Translations under genes and position numbers: made by a program | From: an uncultured delta proteobacterium | GTDB taxonomy: Bacteria > Myxococcota > Myxococcia > Myxococcales > Myxococcaceae | Assembly (NCBI GenBank): GCA_963771175.1 | Contig: CAVYSY010000040.1 | Span: forward strand, 320,001-384,000 | DNA: 64,000 bases | Reading direction: 5' to 3' | Notes under the pieces: generated by a model | The model's database searches: none | Told to the model about the DNA's origin: nothing | What the model saw: the letters and a program-made list of their open reading frames with translations, nothing else | Shown: positions 1 to 11,065 of the stretch, in pieces | Numbering within the stretch: position 1 is the stretch's first letter | Layout: every line of letters begins with the position of its first letter

Positions 1-2
1 AG

Positions 3-1307
3 AGTTTCCGGAAGAAGACCATCCGGGGCGAGTACACGACGTTCAAGTCGGAACTGGTGCGCTGGCTGCGAGGTCAGCGCCAGCCCAAGCAGAAGCTCTT
101 CATCGACGGCCCTGCGCGGCATCAACCTCGCATCCCCAAGGGCAAGACGGTGGGCATCATCGGGCGCAACGGCTCGGGGAAGAGCACCCTGCTCAAGCTC
201 ATTACCGGCATCTATGCGCCGACCACGGGGAAGATCGACGTCAACGGGCGCATCTCCGCGCTGCTGGACCTGGGCGCGGGCTTCCACCCGGACTTCTCCG
301 GCCGGGAGAACATCCTCATCAACGGCATCATCCTCGGCATGTCGCGCGCCGAGGTGAGGGCGAAGATGGACGACATCATCGCCTTCAGCGAGTTGGGCGA
401 GTTCATCGACGAGCCGGTGCGCACCTACTCCAGCGGCATGTACATGCGCCTGGCCTTCTCGGTGGCCACGCACGTCGACCCGGACATCCTCATCGTCGAT
501 GAGATCCTCGCCGTGGGCGACGAGCACTTCGCCAAGAAGAGCATCGCGAAGATGACGGAGTTCAAGCAGCAGGGGAAGACGATCGTCCTGGTGACGCATG
601 ATCTGGGCACGGTCGAGCGCTGGTGTGATCTGGCGGCGTGGATCGACGGCGGCCGTATCCGTCGCGTGGGCACGCCAGCTGAAGTGGCTCAGGAGTACCG
701 CCAGGCCGTGGCGCTCGCCGAGCAGCAGTCCATGGTGATGCAGCCGCCGGCGCTGTCGGAGGATGGGGGCGGGCTGCCCCAGGTAGCCGAGGCCGTCGGG
801 CCGGTGAGCGGACCACAGGCCTCTCCGCAGCAGCGCTCGGGCAGTTTCCAGCTCGAGATCTCCCAGACGCGCCTGCTGGGGGCCGGGGGCGAGGAGCGCG
901 CGGAGCTGGACACCGAGGAGCCGCTGGAGGTGTCGCTCGACTTCCTGAGCAAGGCGCCGCTGTCCGGCGTGCACTTCGAGGTCGTCTTCCGCCGTGAGGA
1001 TGGCAGTCAGGTGTACACGACGGGGACTCGCGGGGCGGAGCTGGAACTGCCCTCGCCGCTACCCCAGCAAGGTTCCCTGCGGCTGCGGCTGGCACGGCTG
1101 AGCCTGCTGCCCGGCAACTACTTCGTGGACGTCTGTGCGCGCGGTACCAAGGACGAGGTGCTGGACTCCCAGCGGGGGCTGCACAGGCTGAAGATCTCCT
1201 CGCCCAGCTCCGAGGGGGGGCTCGTGCGGCCCGTCCATGAGTGGTCCTTCGAGCCACATGCGGTGAGCCCCCTCGTCCGGGAAGAACAGAGAAAGGTCAT
1301 CGCCTAG
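3..1307 (+). CDS. wzt: O-antigen ABC transporter ATP-binding subunit with C-terminal Wzt_C domain (5'-truncated by window)
   Basis: Walker A GRNGSGKST, signature YSSGM, Walker B ILIVDE, LGAGFHPDFSGRENI typical of Wzt/TagH; frame open from base 3. A compensating +1/-1 indel pair at ~108-131 hides the usual ALRGINL segment. Confidence 0.93.
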   Translation, partial: SFRKKTIRGEYTTFKSELVRWLRGQRQPKQKLFIDGPARHQPRIPKGKTVGIIGRNGSGKSTLLKLITGIYAPTTGKIDVNGRISALLDLGAGFHPDFSGRENILINGIILGMSRAEVRAKMDDIIAFSELGEFIDEPVRTYSSGMYMRLAFSVATHVDPDILIVDEILAVGDEHFAKKSIAKMTEFKQQGKTIVLVTHDLGTVERWCDLAAWIDGGRIRRVGTPAEVAQEYRQAVALAEQQSMVMQPPALSEDGGGLPQVAEAVGPVSGPQASPQQRSGSFQLEISQTRLLGAGGEERAELDTEEPLEVSLDFLSKAPLSGVHFEVVFRREDGSQVYTTGTRGAELELPSPLPQQGSLRLRLARLSLLPGNYFVDVCARGTKDEVLDSQRGLHRLKISSPSSEGGLVRPVHEWSFEPHAVSPLVREEQRKVIA

Positions 1308-1413
1308 GGCGGCTGGTGTACAACGGGCCGGAGGGAGTGTGCGGCGCCGGCGCGAGCTCCTCGGGCGGGGGGGGAAGTGCTGCCCGCTGTCCCAACATGC
1401 GAGGTATCTCGAC

Positions 1414-4400
1414 GTGCGCAGTGTGCTGGAAGAGCTTTCCGAAGGAGTGCCATCCAGGACGGAGCTGTCCGCGGATGCCGCCGCGTTGGCCGAGTTGGTG
1501 GCGCACCAGCGCGCGTTGGTGGAGCGGCTGCGTCCGTGCGCCGCGGAGCACTGTGCCGAGCTGACCGCACACGAGCGCATCCTCGAGTTGTTGCTCACCA
1601 CGCTGCACCGGGCGGCTCCGGCCACGGCGCCCCGGGGACATACCCCGCTGCAGAGCGCCTGGCAGCTCGTGGAACCCTTCCCCTTCTCCGTGCCCGAGTC
1701 CCACCGGCCTCGCGGCGGACGCGCGGTGACGGTGGCCAAGCGCGCTTTCGTCGAGGGCCTGTCGCCGCTGCACACCGAGGTGCTGCGCCCCCAGCGCGAG
1801 TTCAATCGGCGGCTGCTCGGGGTGTTGGAGCAGTTCTCCATCCATCGCACCCTGGGGTTGAAGGCCGAGCTGGGCGAGTGGATCTCCGGTCAGCTGGACG
1901 GAGTGGCGGAGCCCTTCCACTGGAAGGTGCGGTCGCACCGTACGGGGGCCGTGGGCACGGCGGTGATGCTGGTGAAGCGCTCCTACCTGTGGACGCTGGG
2001 GCCAGTGCTGCGGCGGGCGCTGGAGAGGCAGTCGCGCTTCAACCAGGGCATGGTGGAGGCGCTGTGCGTGCTCGCCTCCCCGGGGTCCGGAGTCGCCGAG
2101 GCCGAGCGGCGCGTGGCCTTGCTGGAGCGGCTGGCGGATCCCGTGGCAGGAGAGGATCGTCCGGCCTGGATGCGCGCCACGGTCCCCCTCTGGCGTGAGC
2201 TCCTGCGGCGGCAGGCCCGTTTCAATCAGGAGGCGGTGCTGGCGCTGGCGGACATCCTGGGCGTGCGCTCCGCGCCTCCGGCCCCTCCGTCGCTGGAGGG
2301 CTATGGGGAGTGGTGCGAGCGCCACGAGCCAGCCCAGGTGGAGGCGGCGGCCCGGGCGGCGGCTGCGTGCTCGGTGCGCCCACGCTTCTCGCTTGTCGTG
2401 CCGGTGCTGGACACGCCGGAGTCGCTGCTGCGTGCGTGTGTGGATTCGGTGCGGGCCCAGAACTACCCGGAGTGGGAGCTGGTGGTGGTGGTGGACGGCG
2501 GCGCGCCCCGCGTGTCGGCATCGCTGGAAGCGCTGGCCCGCGAGGATGCGCGCATCCGCGTGCTGCATCACGCAGGAGGCGTCGTTTCGATGACCCAGGC
2601 CGGTCTCGTCGCGGCCACGGGGGATTTCGTCACCTGTCTCGAGCCGGACGGCCAGCTCGCACCGCATGCTCTGGCCTCGGTGGCGGTGCGCCTGGCGCAG
2701 GAGCCGGAGGTGGAACTCGTTTATGCGGACGAGGATCGCCTCGATGCTGAGGGGCGGCGGCACACTCCGTTCTTCAAGCCGGACTGGTCTCCGGATCTGC
2801 TGCGCTCGGTGGATTACCTGGGCCGCTTCCTGGTTGTACGCCGTACGTTGATGGAGGAAGTGGGCGGGCTGCGGGAGGGCTTCGACGGCGCGCACGGCTA
2901 CGAGCTGGCGCTGCGGTTGAGCGAGCACTCGCGCCGCATTGCCCATGTGCCCCAGGTGCTGTCCCACGGACGGGCCCGGCCGGGTGCCGGCACGCCGGGG
3001 AGGGGTTGGACGGACGCGACCGAGGCTGGAGTGCGTGCCCTCCAGGAGCACCTCGCACGTCTGGGTGAAGCCGCGGCGGTGGAGCGCGCTGCCCCCGACG
3101 CGTATCGTGTCCGCTACGCGGTGAGGGGCCGGCCCAAGGTCTCCATCATCGTCCCCTTCAAGGACAGAGCGGACCTCCTCGACACGCTCACGCGTACCCT
3201 CCTGGGGAAGACGCGTTACGAGAACTACGAGCTGCTGCTGGTCTCCAACAACAGCACCCGGCCGGAGACGTACGCGCTGCTGGAGCGGCTGACGGACGCG
3301 CGCATCGTCAAGCTGCGGTGGGATCACCCCTTCAACTACCCGGCCATCAACAACTGGGCGGCGAAGCAGGCCACCGGGGAGCTGTTGCTCTTCCTCAACA
3401 ACGACATGGAGGTGGTGGACCCCGACTGGCTGGAGGAGCTCGTCTCCCAGGCCCAGCGTCCCGAGGTGGGCGCGGTGGGGGCGCGGCTGCTCTTCCCGGA
3501 GGGGACGCTGCAGCACGCGGGCGTGGTGGTGGGGCTCACCGGCTTCGCGGGGCACCCCTTCTGGCGGCTGCCGGACGGGGGCTGGTGGACGCCCTTCGGC
3601 CATGCGGACTGGACGCGCAACTACCTGTCCGTGACGAGCGCCTGCGTGGCGATGCGCCGCGAGCTCTTCGAGGAGCTGGGTGGCTTCGACGAGCGCTTCC
3701 AGGTGTGCGGCAGCGACGTGGAGATCGGCCTGCGGCTCAACGCCCGGGGCCTGCGTGTCGTCTACACCCCGTACGCCCGGCTCCTCCACCACGAGTCCGC
3801 CAGCCGCCGCGTGGACGCCATCCCCGAGACGGACTACTGGCTCTCCTACGCCGCCTACCGGCCCTACCTGCGCACGGGCGACCCCTTCTACAACCCCAAC
3901 CTCACGCTGCTGGGCACGGACTGCACGCCGCGCGAGGACGCACGCCGGGGTGAGGAGCTGGCCGTTCAGACCCTCTCGAGGGATCTGCCCGGCGCGCTCG
4001 AGCCCCAGGTCACCACCCGGGCCCGCCAGCAGCGTCACGTGGCCGAGCACCTGCTCGACGCGCTCGACCACACCCCGGAGCAGTCGCGGGCCTCGCGCGA
4101 GGAGGAGCCCCGGCGCCTCCAGGCGCTCCGGGCGCGTGGTCGGCTGGAGCGGGTGACGTGGTTCGTCCCCTCCTTCGGCCACCCCTTCGCTGGCATCCAC
4201 ACCATCTTCCGCTTCGCCGAGGGACTGGAGCGGCGCCACGGCGTGCGCAGCGACTTCGTGGTGTACGACAAGCCGGAGGCCCAGGCGTCGGAGTTCGCGG
4301 GGCGGGTGGCCCACATCCTCGGCCGGCCGGACGCGCCCTTCCGCGTGCTGAAGCGGCCCGAGGAGGTCGCGGAGCTGCCGGAGTGCGATCTGGCCATCGC

Positions 4401-5215
4401 CACCTGGTGGACGTCCGCCTACCGCGTGCTGCACCACCCGAGGGCGGCGGCTCGCGCCTACTTCGTCCAGGACTACGAGCCGCTCTTCATGCCCGCGGGC
4501 ACGTTGTCCGCGCTGTCCGAGCAGACGTACCGCCTGGGCTTCTACGGCATCTTCAACGCGCCCCGGCCTGAACGACTACGTCACCGCCCGCTACCCCATG
4601 ACGGGATGCGCCTTCGAGCCCACCGTGGACCACTCGCTCTTCCACGACCGGCGCCCCGTGCGCTCAGGGCCCGCGCGCGTCTTCTTCTACGGCCGGCCCG
4701 GCAATGACCGGAACGCCTTCGAGCTCGGCCTGGCGGCGCTCTCCCGCCTCAAGCGCGAGCTGGGCGCGGCGGTGGAGATCATCTCCGCCGGCGCGGCGTG
4801 GACGCCCGAGGACTATGGGGTGCGCGGCGTCATCCACAACCTCGGCGTCCTGCCGTACGAGCAGACCGCCACCCTCTACCGTGAGTGCGACGTGGGGCTG
4901 TGCTTCATGCTCACGCATCATCCTTCGTATCTGCCCCTGGAGATGATGGCCAGCGGCGTCACCGTGGTGACCAACGACAACCCTTCCAACCACTGGCTGC
5001 TCGAGGACGGGCGCAACTGCCTGCTCGCGGAGCCCACGGTGTCCGGTGTGGTGTCGGCCCTGCGCCGGGCCGTGACGGAGCCCTCGCTGCGGGCTCGACT
5101 GGGGACCGAGGCCTCGGCGCGCATCCACCGCACCACCTGGGATTCCGAGGTGGATTCCGTGATGGCCGCGCTGCTGGGCCACCCGGCTCGGTCCGTCCGT
5201 GCCGGCGCGCTTTGA
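1414..5215 (+). CDS. wbgA: Multidomain O-antigen glycosyltransferase (GT2-GT2-GT-B/WsaF-like), WbgA/RfbC type; frameshift in C run at 4561-4564
   Basis: Two GT-A domains (FSLVVPV..YADED..FKPDWSPD; VSIIVPFKD..FLNNDMEV) and a C-terminal GT-B (YFVQDYEP, FYGRPGNDRNAFELG, PSYLPLEMMASG). Removing one C joins ORF 1339-4707 to ORF 4598-5215 (FNAPGLNDYVTARYPMTGC), ~1266 aa; follows wzt. GTG 1414 chosen from GAGG RBS. Confidence 0.85.
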
Positions 5216-5457
5216 TACCTGTCGTGCGCTGGGAACACGGATTCCCGAGCGAGAGAGCGAGCGGGAAGGGCGGTCTGGCGCATTATTCCGCCTGTCATCC
5301 ATGCTTCCTTTCATCCAGAATGGGACGACGGTTTCATGCGGGACTACGTCATGGGCGCGGTGAATGACCTTGAGAAGTTGGCGGTGGTTTCGAGTGGTCG
5401 GACCTGTGCCTGGGGCGGGCTTGACCGGCACTTTGGGTGCAGATAGTTAGCCTCGCT

Positions 5458-5919
5458 ATGGCCAGCCCCAACGACTCGCGTCAGAACGTGCCTGTCAGCG
5501 CTCTCCACCTGCTTCGCGTTCTCGCTGAATTCGCGGATGCACGTCGCGGCATGCCCATCACTTCCCACCGGGGTGGCGTCGTGGGTTCCGCAATCGTGGG
5601 CACCAAGAAGCTCTTCCGGCGCGCGTTCCAGCCCTTCCTGAACGAGGCGCTGATGCGGCAGGCGAACTTCAACGAGCACCTGATGAATTGGGCGCACGCG
5701 ATGCATCGCGAGGTCCGGACGTTGGAGAGCGCCACCCTGGCCGTGCAATCGCGCCTCGACGGCCGTGTCCGTGCGCTGGAGGACCGGCTCGCCCGGATGG
5801 AGGCCGAGGTGGCCGCGAGCCGTGCCCAGTCCCCGGTCGATGGCGGCAACACGGTCGCGACGGCTTCCCTGGCCGGGACCTCCGAGGTGAACGGGCGGGC
5901 CTCACGGGTCGCCCGCTGA
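5458..5919 (+). CDS. Small hypothetical protein: SHR..KR..RQxxFN module plus coiled coil
   Basis: 153-aa ORF with ITSHRGGVVGSAIVGTKKLFRRAFQPFLNEALMRQANFN followed by heptad-like LDGRVRALEDRLARME; paralogous to 17440-17880. Confidence 0.8.
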   Translation: MASPNDSRQNVPVSALHLLRVLAEFADARRGMPITSHRGGVVGSAIVGTKKLFRRAFQPFLNEALMRQANFNEHLMNWAHAMHREVRTLESATLAVQSRLDGRVRALEDRLARMEAEVAASRAQSPVDGGNTVATASLAGTSEVNGRASRVAR

Positions 5920-5948
5920 AGGTGCACGGCCGCAGACAAGAGAGCACA

Positions 5949-7394
5949 ATGAGCCACAGCAACAGGAGTACTGCGGTGTCGGACCTCGAGCCAACCGACC
6001 CCCAGCACGATGAGCAGTCTCCGAAGGCCGAGCTCACCCCTCCCCATGCGAAGGCCTGGAATGGCCAGGAGGCCGTTCGCTGGATGCAGGAGGCCGCCAG
6101 GAGCGATGCCTCCGGGTTCGCTGTTCCCTCGCAGGCCGAGGAGTGGCTGAAGGCGCGGCTCGAGGCGCACCTCGCGCAGGGCCGGGACGAGGTGCGTGGC
6201 CTCCGGGCGCGCCTGGACGAAGTGCTCAAGGAAGTGAAGGAGCTCCGCCGCCCGCCGTCCCCGCCCTTCGTGGAGCCCTCGGCCTGGCTCAACCGGCTTC
6301 CGTTCCTGGGCCGCCGCGCCTCCGGGCAGACGCAGCCCGTGAGCGCGAAGCAGGCGGGCGCCCAGGTCCGCGAGCCGGAGAAGCTGAATCTTCCCTTCGG
6401 CGGTTTCGCGGCGCGTGCCTCGCACGGGACGCCGCTGGAGTTCGCGGAGGGCCGGCCGGAGGTGGTCTTGCTCTGCCACCCGGAGTGGCGTGGCATCCGG
6501 GCGGCGACCTACGGACAGGGCAGCCATGTCCTCGAGGTGCCCGGCATTGAAAGCGAGGAGCAGGCGGAACTGCTGGCCACGTTCCTGGAGCACTGCGGGA
6601 CCCGGCGGCTGGTCATCAACGGCTTCCCGCCGGGCTCCGGGCTGCTTGCGCGCACGATCCAGCGCCGCCAGACGGGCACCACGGTCGATCTCATCTACCA
6701 CGGCACTCCCGCGCAGGTTCACTTCCGCGAGGACACCGTCCTCGAACAGATGCTGCAGCTCGCCGATGAGGGCGCCCTGCGCAAGCTCGGCTTCGTCAAG
6801 GGCGGGCTCGCCGAGTTCTTCCGGGGCCTGGGCTATCGGGCGGAGTTCGTCATGAACTTCGCGCGCATCCCCACGCGGCCGGCGAATGTCATGCCTGGTC
6901 CGGACGGACGGCTCCACATCGGCGTGTTCGCCCCGAACATCAGCCACAAGAACGTCGAGACGCAGATCCTGGCGGCGTTGATGATCCCCGACGCGGTGGT
7001 GCACGTGTGCGAGATGCCGCCGATGGCCTATCTGCGGAATCGGGATCGCATCGTGGTGCACGGCATCCGCCCCCACGCGGAGTTCATCAAGCTGCTCGCG
7101 ACCATGCATGCGACGCTCTACGTGTCGCTCGTCGAGTGCTACCCGATGACGGTGCTCGAGAGTCTGGCCATGGGCGTGGTGTGCCTGACCAGTCACTCCT
7201 CCGTGCTCTTCGACAACGCGCCGGACCTGTTCCGCGAGCTGGTGGTCACGGATCACGACAATCCTCTCGCGATCGCCCGTAAGCTCTCCGCCGCGCTCGA
7301 GCGCCGCGGAGAGCTCGTGCCCAAGGCGCAGGAGCACCTCGTGCGCTTGAACGAGCTGGCCGAGCGGCGATGGCAGGAGTTCCTGGCCGAATGA
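5949..7394 (+). CDS. Glycosyltransferase (GT-B fold) with N-terminal coiled coil
   Basis: HKNVETQILAA and SLVECYPMTVLESLAMGV (EX7E-type motif of GT4-like enzymes); stop overlaps next start (ATGA). Confidence 0.8.
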   Translation: MSHSNRSTAVSDLEPTDPQHDEQSPKAELTPPHAKAWNGQEAVRWMQEAARSDASGFAVPSQAEEWLKARLEAHLAQGRDEVRGLRARLDEVLKEVKELRRPPSPPFVEPSAWLNRLPFLGRRASGQTQPVSAKQAGAQVREPEKLNLPFGGFAARASHGTPLEFAEGRPEVVLLCHPEWRGIRAATYGQGSHVLEVPGIESEEQAELLATFLEHCGTRRLVINGFPPGSGLLARTIQRRQTGTTVDLIYHGTPAQVHFREDTVLEQMLQLADEGALRKLGFVKGGLAEFFRGLGYRAEFVMNFARIPTRPANVMPGPDGRLHIGVFAPNISHKNVETQILAALMIPDAVVHVCEMPPMAYLRNRDRIVVHGIRPHAEFIKLLATMHATLYVSLVECYPMTVLESLAMGVVCLTSHSSVLFDNAPDLFRELVVTDHDNPLAIARKLSAALERRGELVPKAQEHLVRLNELAERRWQEFLAE

Positions 7395-8740
7395 AGCACG
7401 TTGTCTTCGTGACCTACGAATTCCACCCGGTGAATCCCGGCGGTGCCGGCGTGTTCATCGCCGGTGCGGTGCGGGAGCTCGCCCGTGCGGGCTACCGGTG
7501 CACCGCGCTGTGTGACCTGCCCGGGCGCGAGATCGACGCGGCCAACGCCAGCCTCGCTCGTGACGACCTGCGTCCCGGCTCGGTGCGCGCCGTCAGCGTG
7601 AATTCGCTCACCCCCTCCTGGCAGGGGAGCGCGGACCGGAGCATCTTCGAGGACAAGAGCGAGCGCTTCGCCGAGGCGGTGATCGCCCTGCACGCGCGTG
7701 ACCCGATCGATCTCGTCGAGCTCCCCGAGTACGCGGGCATGGCGCTCGGGACGCTGCGCCGGCGGCTGGTCGGCCGCGTCCTCCAGGACGTCCGGGTCGC
7801 GGTCCGCATCCACGGGTCGCTGGAGTTCATCGATCAGGCCGAAGGGCTCCCCCTGACCCATTCCCGGCTCCACATGCACCGGATGGAGCATCTGGGACTG
7901 AAGCTCGCGGACATGATCTTCGCGCCGTCCCGGTCCATGGGCAGGTGGTACGCCGACTATCACGGGTTCGATGCGGCGCGGCTGATCGAGTCGCCGCCGC
8001 CGATGAAGACGCTCCTGAAGGGATTTCACCGGACCGAGCGGCTCGTCGATCCAGGCCATTTCCTCTTCTACGGCAAGCTGCAGGAGGTGAAGGGCTGCGA
8101 TGTGTTCGCGGCCGCGGCGGCCTCCCTGCTGGCCACGCGCTCGGACCAGCACTGGCGTTTCACGTTCGTGGGGCGCGACATCCACTGCGAGGTCCACCAC
8201 CGGCCCATGTCGGCCTGTCTGCTGGAGATCCTCCCGCGCTCGCGACGGGACGCGTTCGAGTTCATCCCGGCGATCACGCGGGAGCAGCTCTTCGAGCTCG
8301 CGAGAACGCCCATCGCCGCGGTGGTCCCCTCCCGCTTCGAGACGTTCTGCCTGGCGGCCCACGAGCTCCGGGCGGTCGGCCTCCCGCTCCTGGTCCCGCG
8401 CATCGCGGGGTTCGTGGACTACCTCAATGAAGAGACGGGCTGTCTGACGTACGACGGCACGGCGAACGGACTCCTGCAGGCCATGCTGCGCATCCGGGAG
8501 GAACCCGGCCTTCATGAGAAGCTCTCCTCGCGGCCGACGTGCGTGATTCGTCCGTACGAGGACGCGTATGGCGTGGCGCTCGACCAGCCGCCTCGCGGAG
8601 ATCCGCTGGAGCTGGAGAGCTCCCTCCGGTTCCACGAGCTGCGTGCGCTCGATGCGTTGCGTGCGCCGCCGCCCCAGCCGCACCAGCCCCCTGGCGTCCT
8701 GCGGCGCATGAAGAACCGGCTGGGTCTGGGCCGCGAGTAG
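7391..8740 (+). CDS. Glycosyltransferase family 4-like
   Basis: MKHVVFVTYEFHP..GGAGVF N-terminus, FYGKLQEVKG, PSRFETFCLAAHE. Confidence 0.88.
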   Translation: MKHVVFVTYEFHPVNPGGAGVFIAGAVRELARAGYRCTALCDLPGREIDAANASLARDDLRPGSVRAVSVNSLTPSWQGSADRSIFEDKSERFAEAVIALHARDPIDLVELPEYAGMALGTLRRRLVGRVLQDVRVAVRIHGSLEFIDQAEGLPLTHSRLHMHRMEHLGLKLADMIFAPSRSMGRWYADYHGFDAARLIESPPPMKTLLKGFHRTERLVDPGHFLFYGKLQEVKGCDVFAAAAASLLATRSDQHWRFTFVGRDIHCEVHHRPMSACLLEILPRSRRDAFEFIPAITREQLFELARTPIAAVVPSRFETFCLAAHELRAVGLPLLVPRIAGFVDYLNEETGCLTYDGTANGLLQAMLRIREEPGLHEKLSSRPTCVIRPYEDAYGVALDQPPRGDPLELESSLRFHELRALDALRAPPPQPHQPPGVLRRMKNRLGLGRE

Positions 8741-8761
8741 CGGGGCGGGGACGCCTCGGTC

Positions 8762-10900
8762 TCAGCGGCGCCCGCGGCCCAGCTGCTCCGCCGTGCGGCG
8801 CAGCGCCTGGTGGACGAAGCCGATGCGCTGCTTCACGGCATCGTTCACCTTGTCCACCAGCCGGTAGCGCAGGGGCTTCTCCATCGCCTGGTGGAGCCGC
8901 TCCTGCTGCTTCTGCATCTCGCCGAGCTGGATGCGCAAGGTCCTGTTCGCCTCGGCCGGCAGCTTCGGGTGTTTCTGGTTGAGATAGGCGATCAGCGCGT
9001 GACGGGACCGCGTGGCCTCCGTGCGAGTCATCGAGTCCGGACGCATGCGGTAGTGGAAGAGGAACTCGGGGATGACCATGCCCTCGTAGCCGCGCTCCGC
9101 CATCGCGCAGAAGACGTCCCAGTCCTCGAACGAGGTCAGCCACTCGTCATAACCGCCGAGCTCCTCGACGAGCTTTCGCTCCATCAGCGCCGTGCAGGTG
9201 GAGGCCACGTTCTCCAGGCAGAGCGCGTCGCGCTCCATGCCCCAGGGCACCCAGCCGCCGATGGGCTTGCGCGGATCCTCGGTGAAGTAGGACACCAGGG
9301 CCGTCGTGTAGCCGACCTTCGGCGAGCGGCTCATCACGTCCACGGCCTTCTCGAGGAACGTGGGCGACAGCAGGTCGTCCGGATCCACCGGGAGGATCCA
9401 CCGTCCCCGGGATTCACGCAGGCCCGCGTTGCGCGCCGAGCTCAGCCCGCCGTTCGGCTTGCGGATGATGCGCAGCTTGGGCGTGCCCTCCAGCTCGTTC
9501 ACGAGCCGCTGGCTGGCGGGGTCCGTCGAGCCGTCATCCACCAGGACGATTTCGTAGTCCTCGAAGGTCTGCTCGCGCAGGGAGCGCAGCGTCTCCGGGA
9601 GGTAGCGCCCCATGTTGTAGTACGGGACGATGATGGAGACGTCCGGTGCCTGCCCCGGGGCCTTGCGGGGAGTGGGGCGCGGCGGCCGGGGCTGGCGGGA
9701 CGCGGCCAGACGCGCGAGGAGCTCCGCGCTCCGCGCGACGAACCGCTCGGGTGCGCAGTAGGTGGCGATGCGCCGCGGTGCCTCCTGGCGCACCGTGCGC
9801 CGCAGGGACTCGTCCGTCAGGGCCCGCTCCAGCACCTCGGCGAGCCGGGCCGCGTTCCCCGAGGGGAAGAGCAATCCGCTCCTTCCGTCCTCGATGAGCT
9901 CCCCCATGCCACCGGCATCGCTGCCGACGACGACGGCTCCCTCCGACATGGCCTCCAGGCATACGTTGGGGAAGTTCTCCCAGATGGAGGGGAAGCAGCA
10001 GACGGTGGTCTCGCGGATGGCGGGCAGCAGCCCGGCGCGGGGGCGCGGCGGTTCGAAGTGGAAGCGGTCCCTCCATGCCGCGGAGATGCGGCGCTCCAGC
10101 CACTGCTGCATCGAGCGGCCGAAGGGCCCGGTGGACGTGTCGGCCCCGATGAGTCGCACCTCCACGTCGAGCTGCTTCTCCAGCAGCCGCTGGGCCGCGT
10201 CGATGAGCACGTGAATACCCTTGCGGTACTCGATGCCGCCGAAGAAGAGGATGCTCGCCCGGCCCGTCCTTTCGTGCGCGGGCTCCGTCCGCGGGCTCGT
10301 GGCGGCCTCGGTGACGAAGGGGGAGGGGATGACCGCGCTCGGCTGCTGCAATCCCAGCCGCCGCGTCACCCGCTCCAGCAGCGAGTGCGTGGGGGACAGG
10401 ATGACGTCCGCCTCACGGAGGGACACCTCCTCCTGGTACTCCAGGGAGGCGCTCTCCATGTCGAGCGCCGCGATGTGATTGAGCTCCTGGCGGTCCCGGC
10501 TCGGCGTATGGAGCCGCACGGCGAGCAGCGCGGAGCCGAACTGTCCCAGCGTCCTCTTGGCCCGGATGGCGAAGGCGCCCTCGCCCCCGAGCTCCGGGAA
10601 CTCGATGAGCTCGAACGGGTGCCGGGCGTGGAGGTCCAGGAGCGTCTGATGGACGCTCATGGCGTACTGCATGGGGGCATTGCGGCATGCTCCAGGCGCG
10701 GCGGAGCCGTCGTACTTCACCAGGTGGACCCGCACCGAGGGATACAGCTCGCCTGCCTGCTGGAGGCCCGGAGGGAGATCGGTGAGGACGTGGACCTCAT
10801 GCCCGCCGGCCACGAGGGCCCGGCAGGCCTGTGCCACATAGGTACCGACTCCCTCTCCGTGGACGGGGGAGAACTCCTTGGAGACAAGACAGATACGCAC
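8762..10900 (-). CDS. Bifunctional glycosyltransferase GT4 + GT2
   Basis: MRICLVSKEF..GVGTY, GGIEYRKG, PSIWENFPNVCLEAM (GT4); VSIIVPYYN, LVDDGSTD, NGGLSSARN, DPDD, FEDWD (GT2). Confidence 0.92.
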   Translation of the reverse strand: MRICLVSKEFSPVHGEGVGTYVAQACRALVAGGHEVHVLTDLPPGLQQAGELYPSVRVHLVKYDGSAAPGACRNAPMQYAMSVHQTLLDLHARHPFELIEFPELGGEGAFAIRAKRTLGQFGSALLAVRLHTPSRDRQELNHIAALDMESASLEYQEEVSLREADVILSPTHSLLERVTRRLGLQQPSAVIPSPFVTEAATSPRTEPAHERTGRASILFFGGIEYRKGIHVLIDAAQRLLEKQLDVEVRLIGADTSTGPFGRSMQQWLERRISAAWRDRFHFEPPRPRAGLLPAIRETTVCCFPSIWENFPNVCLEAMSEGAVVVGSDAGGMGELIEDGRSGLLFPSGNAARLAEVLERALTDESLRRTVRQEAPRRIATYCAPERFVARSAELLARLAASRQPRPPRPTPRKAPGQAPDVSIIVPYYNMGRYLPETLRSLREQTFEDYEIVLVDDGSTDPASQRLVNELEGTPKLRIIRKPNGGLSSARNAGLRESRGRWILPVDPDDLLSPTFLEKAVDVMSRSPKVGYTTALVSYFTEDPRKPIGGWVPWGMERDALCLENVASTCTALMERKLVEELGGYDEWLTSFEDWDVFCAMAERGYEGMVIPEFLFHYRMRPDSMTRTEATRSRHALIAYLNQKHPKLPAEANRTLRIQLGEMQKQQERLHQAMEKPLRYRLVDKVNDAVKQRIGFVHQALRRTAEQLGRGRR

Positions 10901-11065
10901 GTTCGCCTCGCGACTGGATACGTCCTCCTACTAGGAAAGCCCCCCGCCTTCCCAGCGGAGCGATCCGGAGACGGACGCTTGCCTGCCTCATGCGGTGCCA
11001 CATGTGGAACGGCCTGGTCTCTTGGGCTATACGTCGCCCCCGTTTTCGGAGAAAGCCCCCCGCGA

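Noticed and set aside
1367..1374. G8 tract upstream of wbgA as a phase-variable switch
   Set aside because: Intergenic under the preferred start, and G runs of this length are not rare in this composition.
1297..4437. Very long antisense ORFs (also 5481-7337, 25278-26954, 34488-36836, 43246-45810, 47295-49454)
   Set aside because: Shadow frames of high-GC3 genes; no motifs, and the opposite strand has clear family signatures.
4561..4564. Programmed frameshift or phase variation in wbgA
   Set aside because: Only a C4 run, no slippery heptamer, and similar indels occur throughout the window.
5421..5449. Sigma54-like GG-N10-GC (CGGCACTTTGGGTGCA) overlapping TTGACC before the small ORF
   Set aside because: Imperfect match in GC-rich DNA and ambiguous between sigma types; cannot support.
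8810..11065. N-terminal half of the 1488-aa + ORF
   Set aside because: Antisense to the GT4+GT2 gene; membrane protein begins near 11066.
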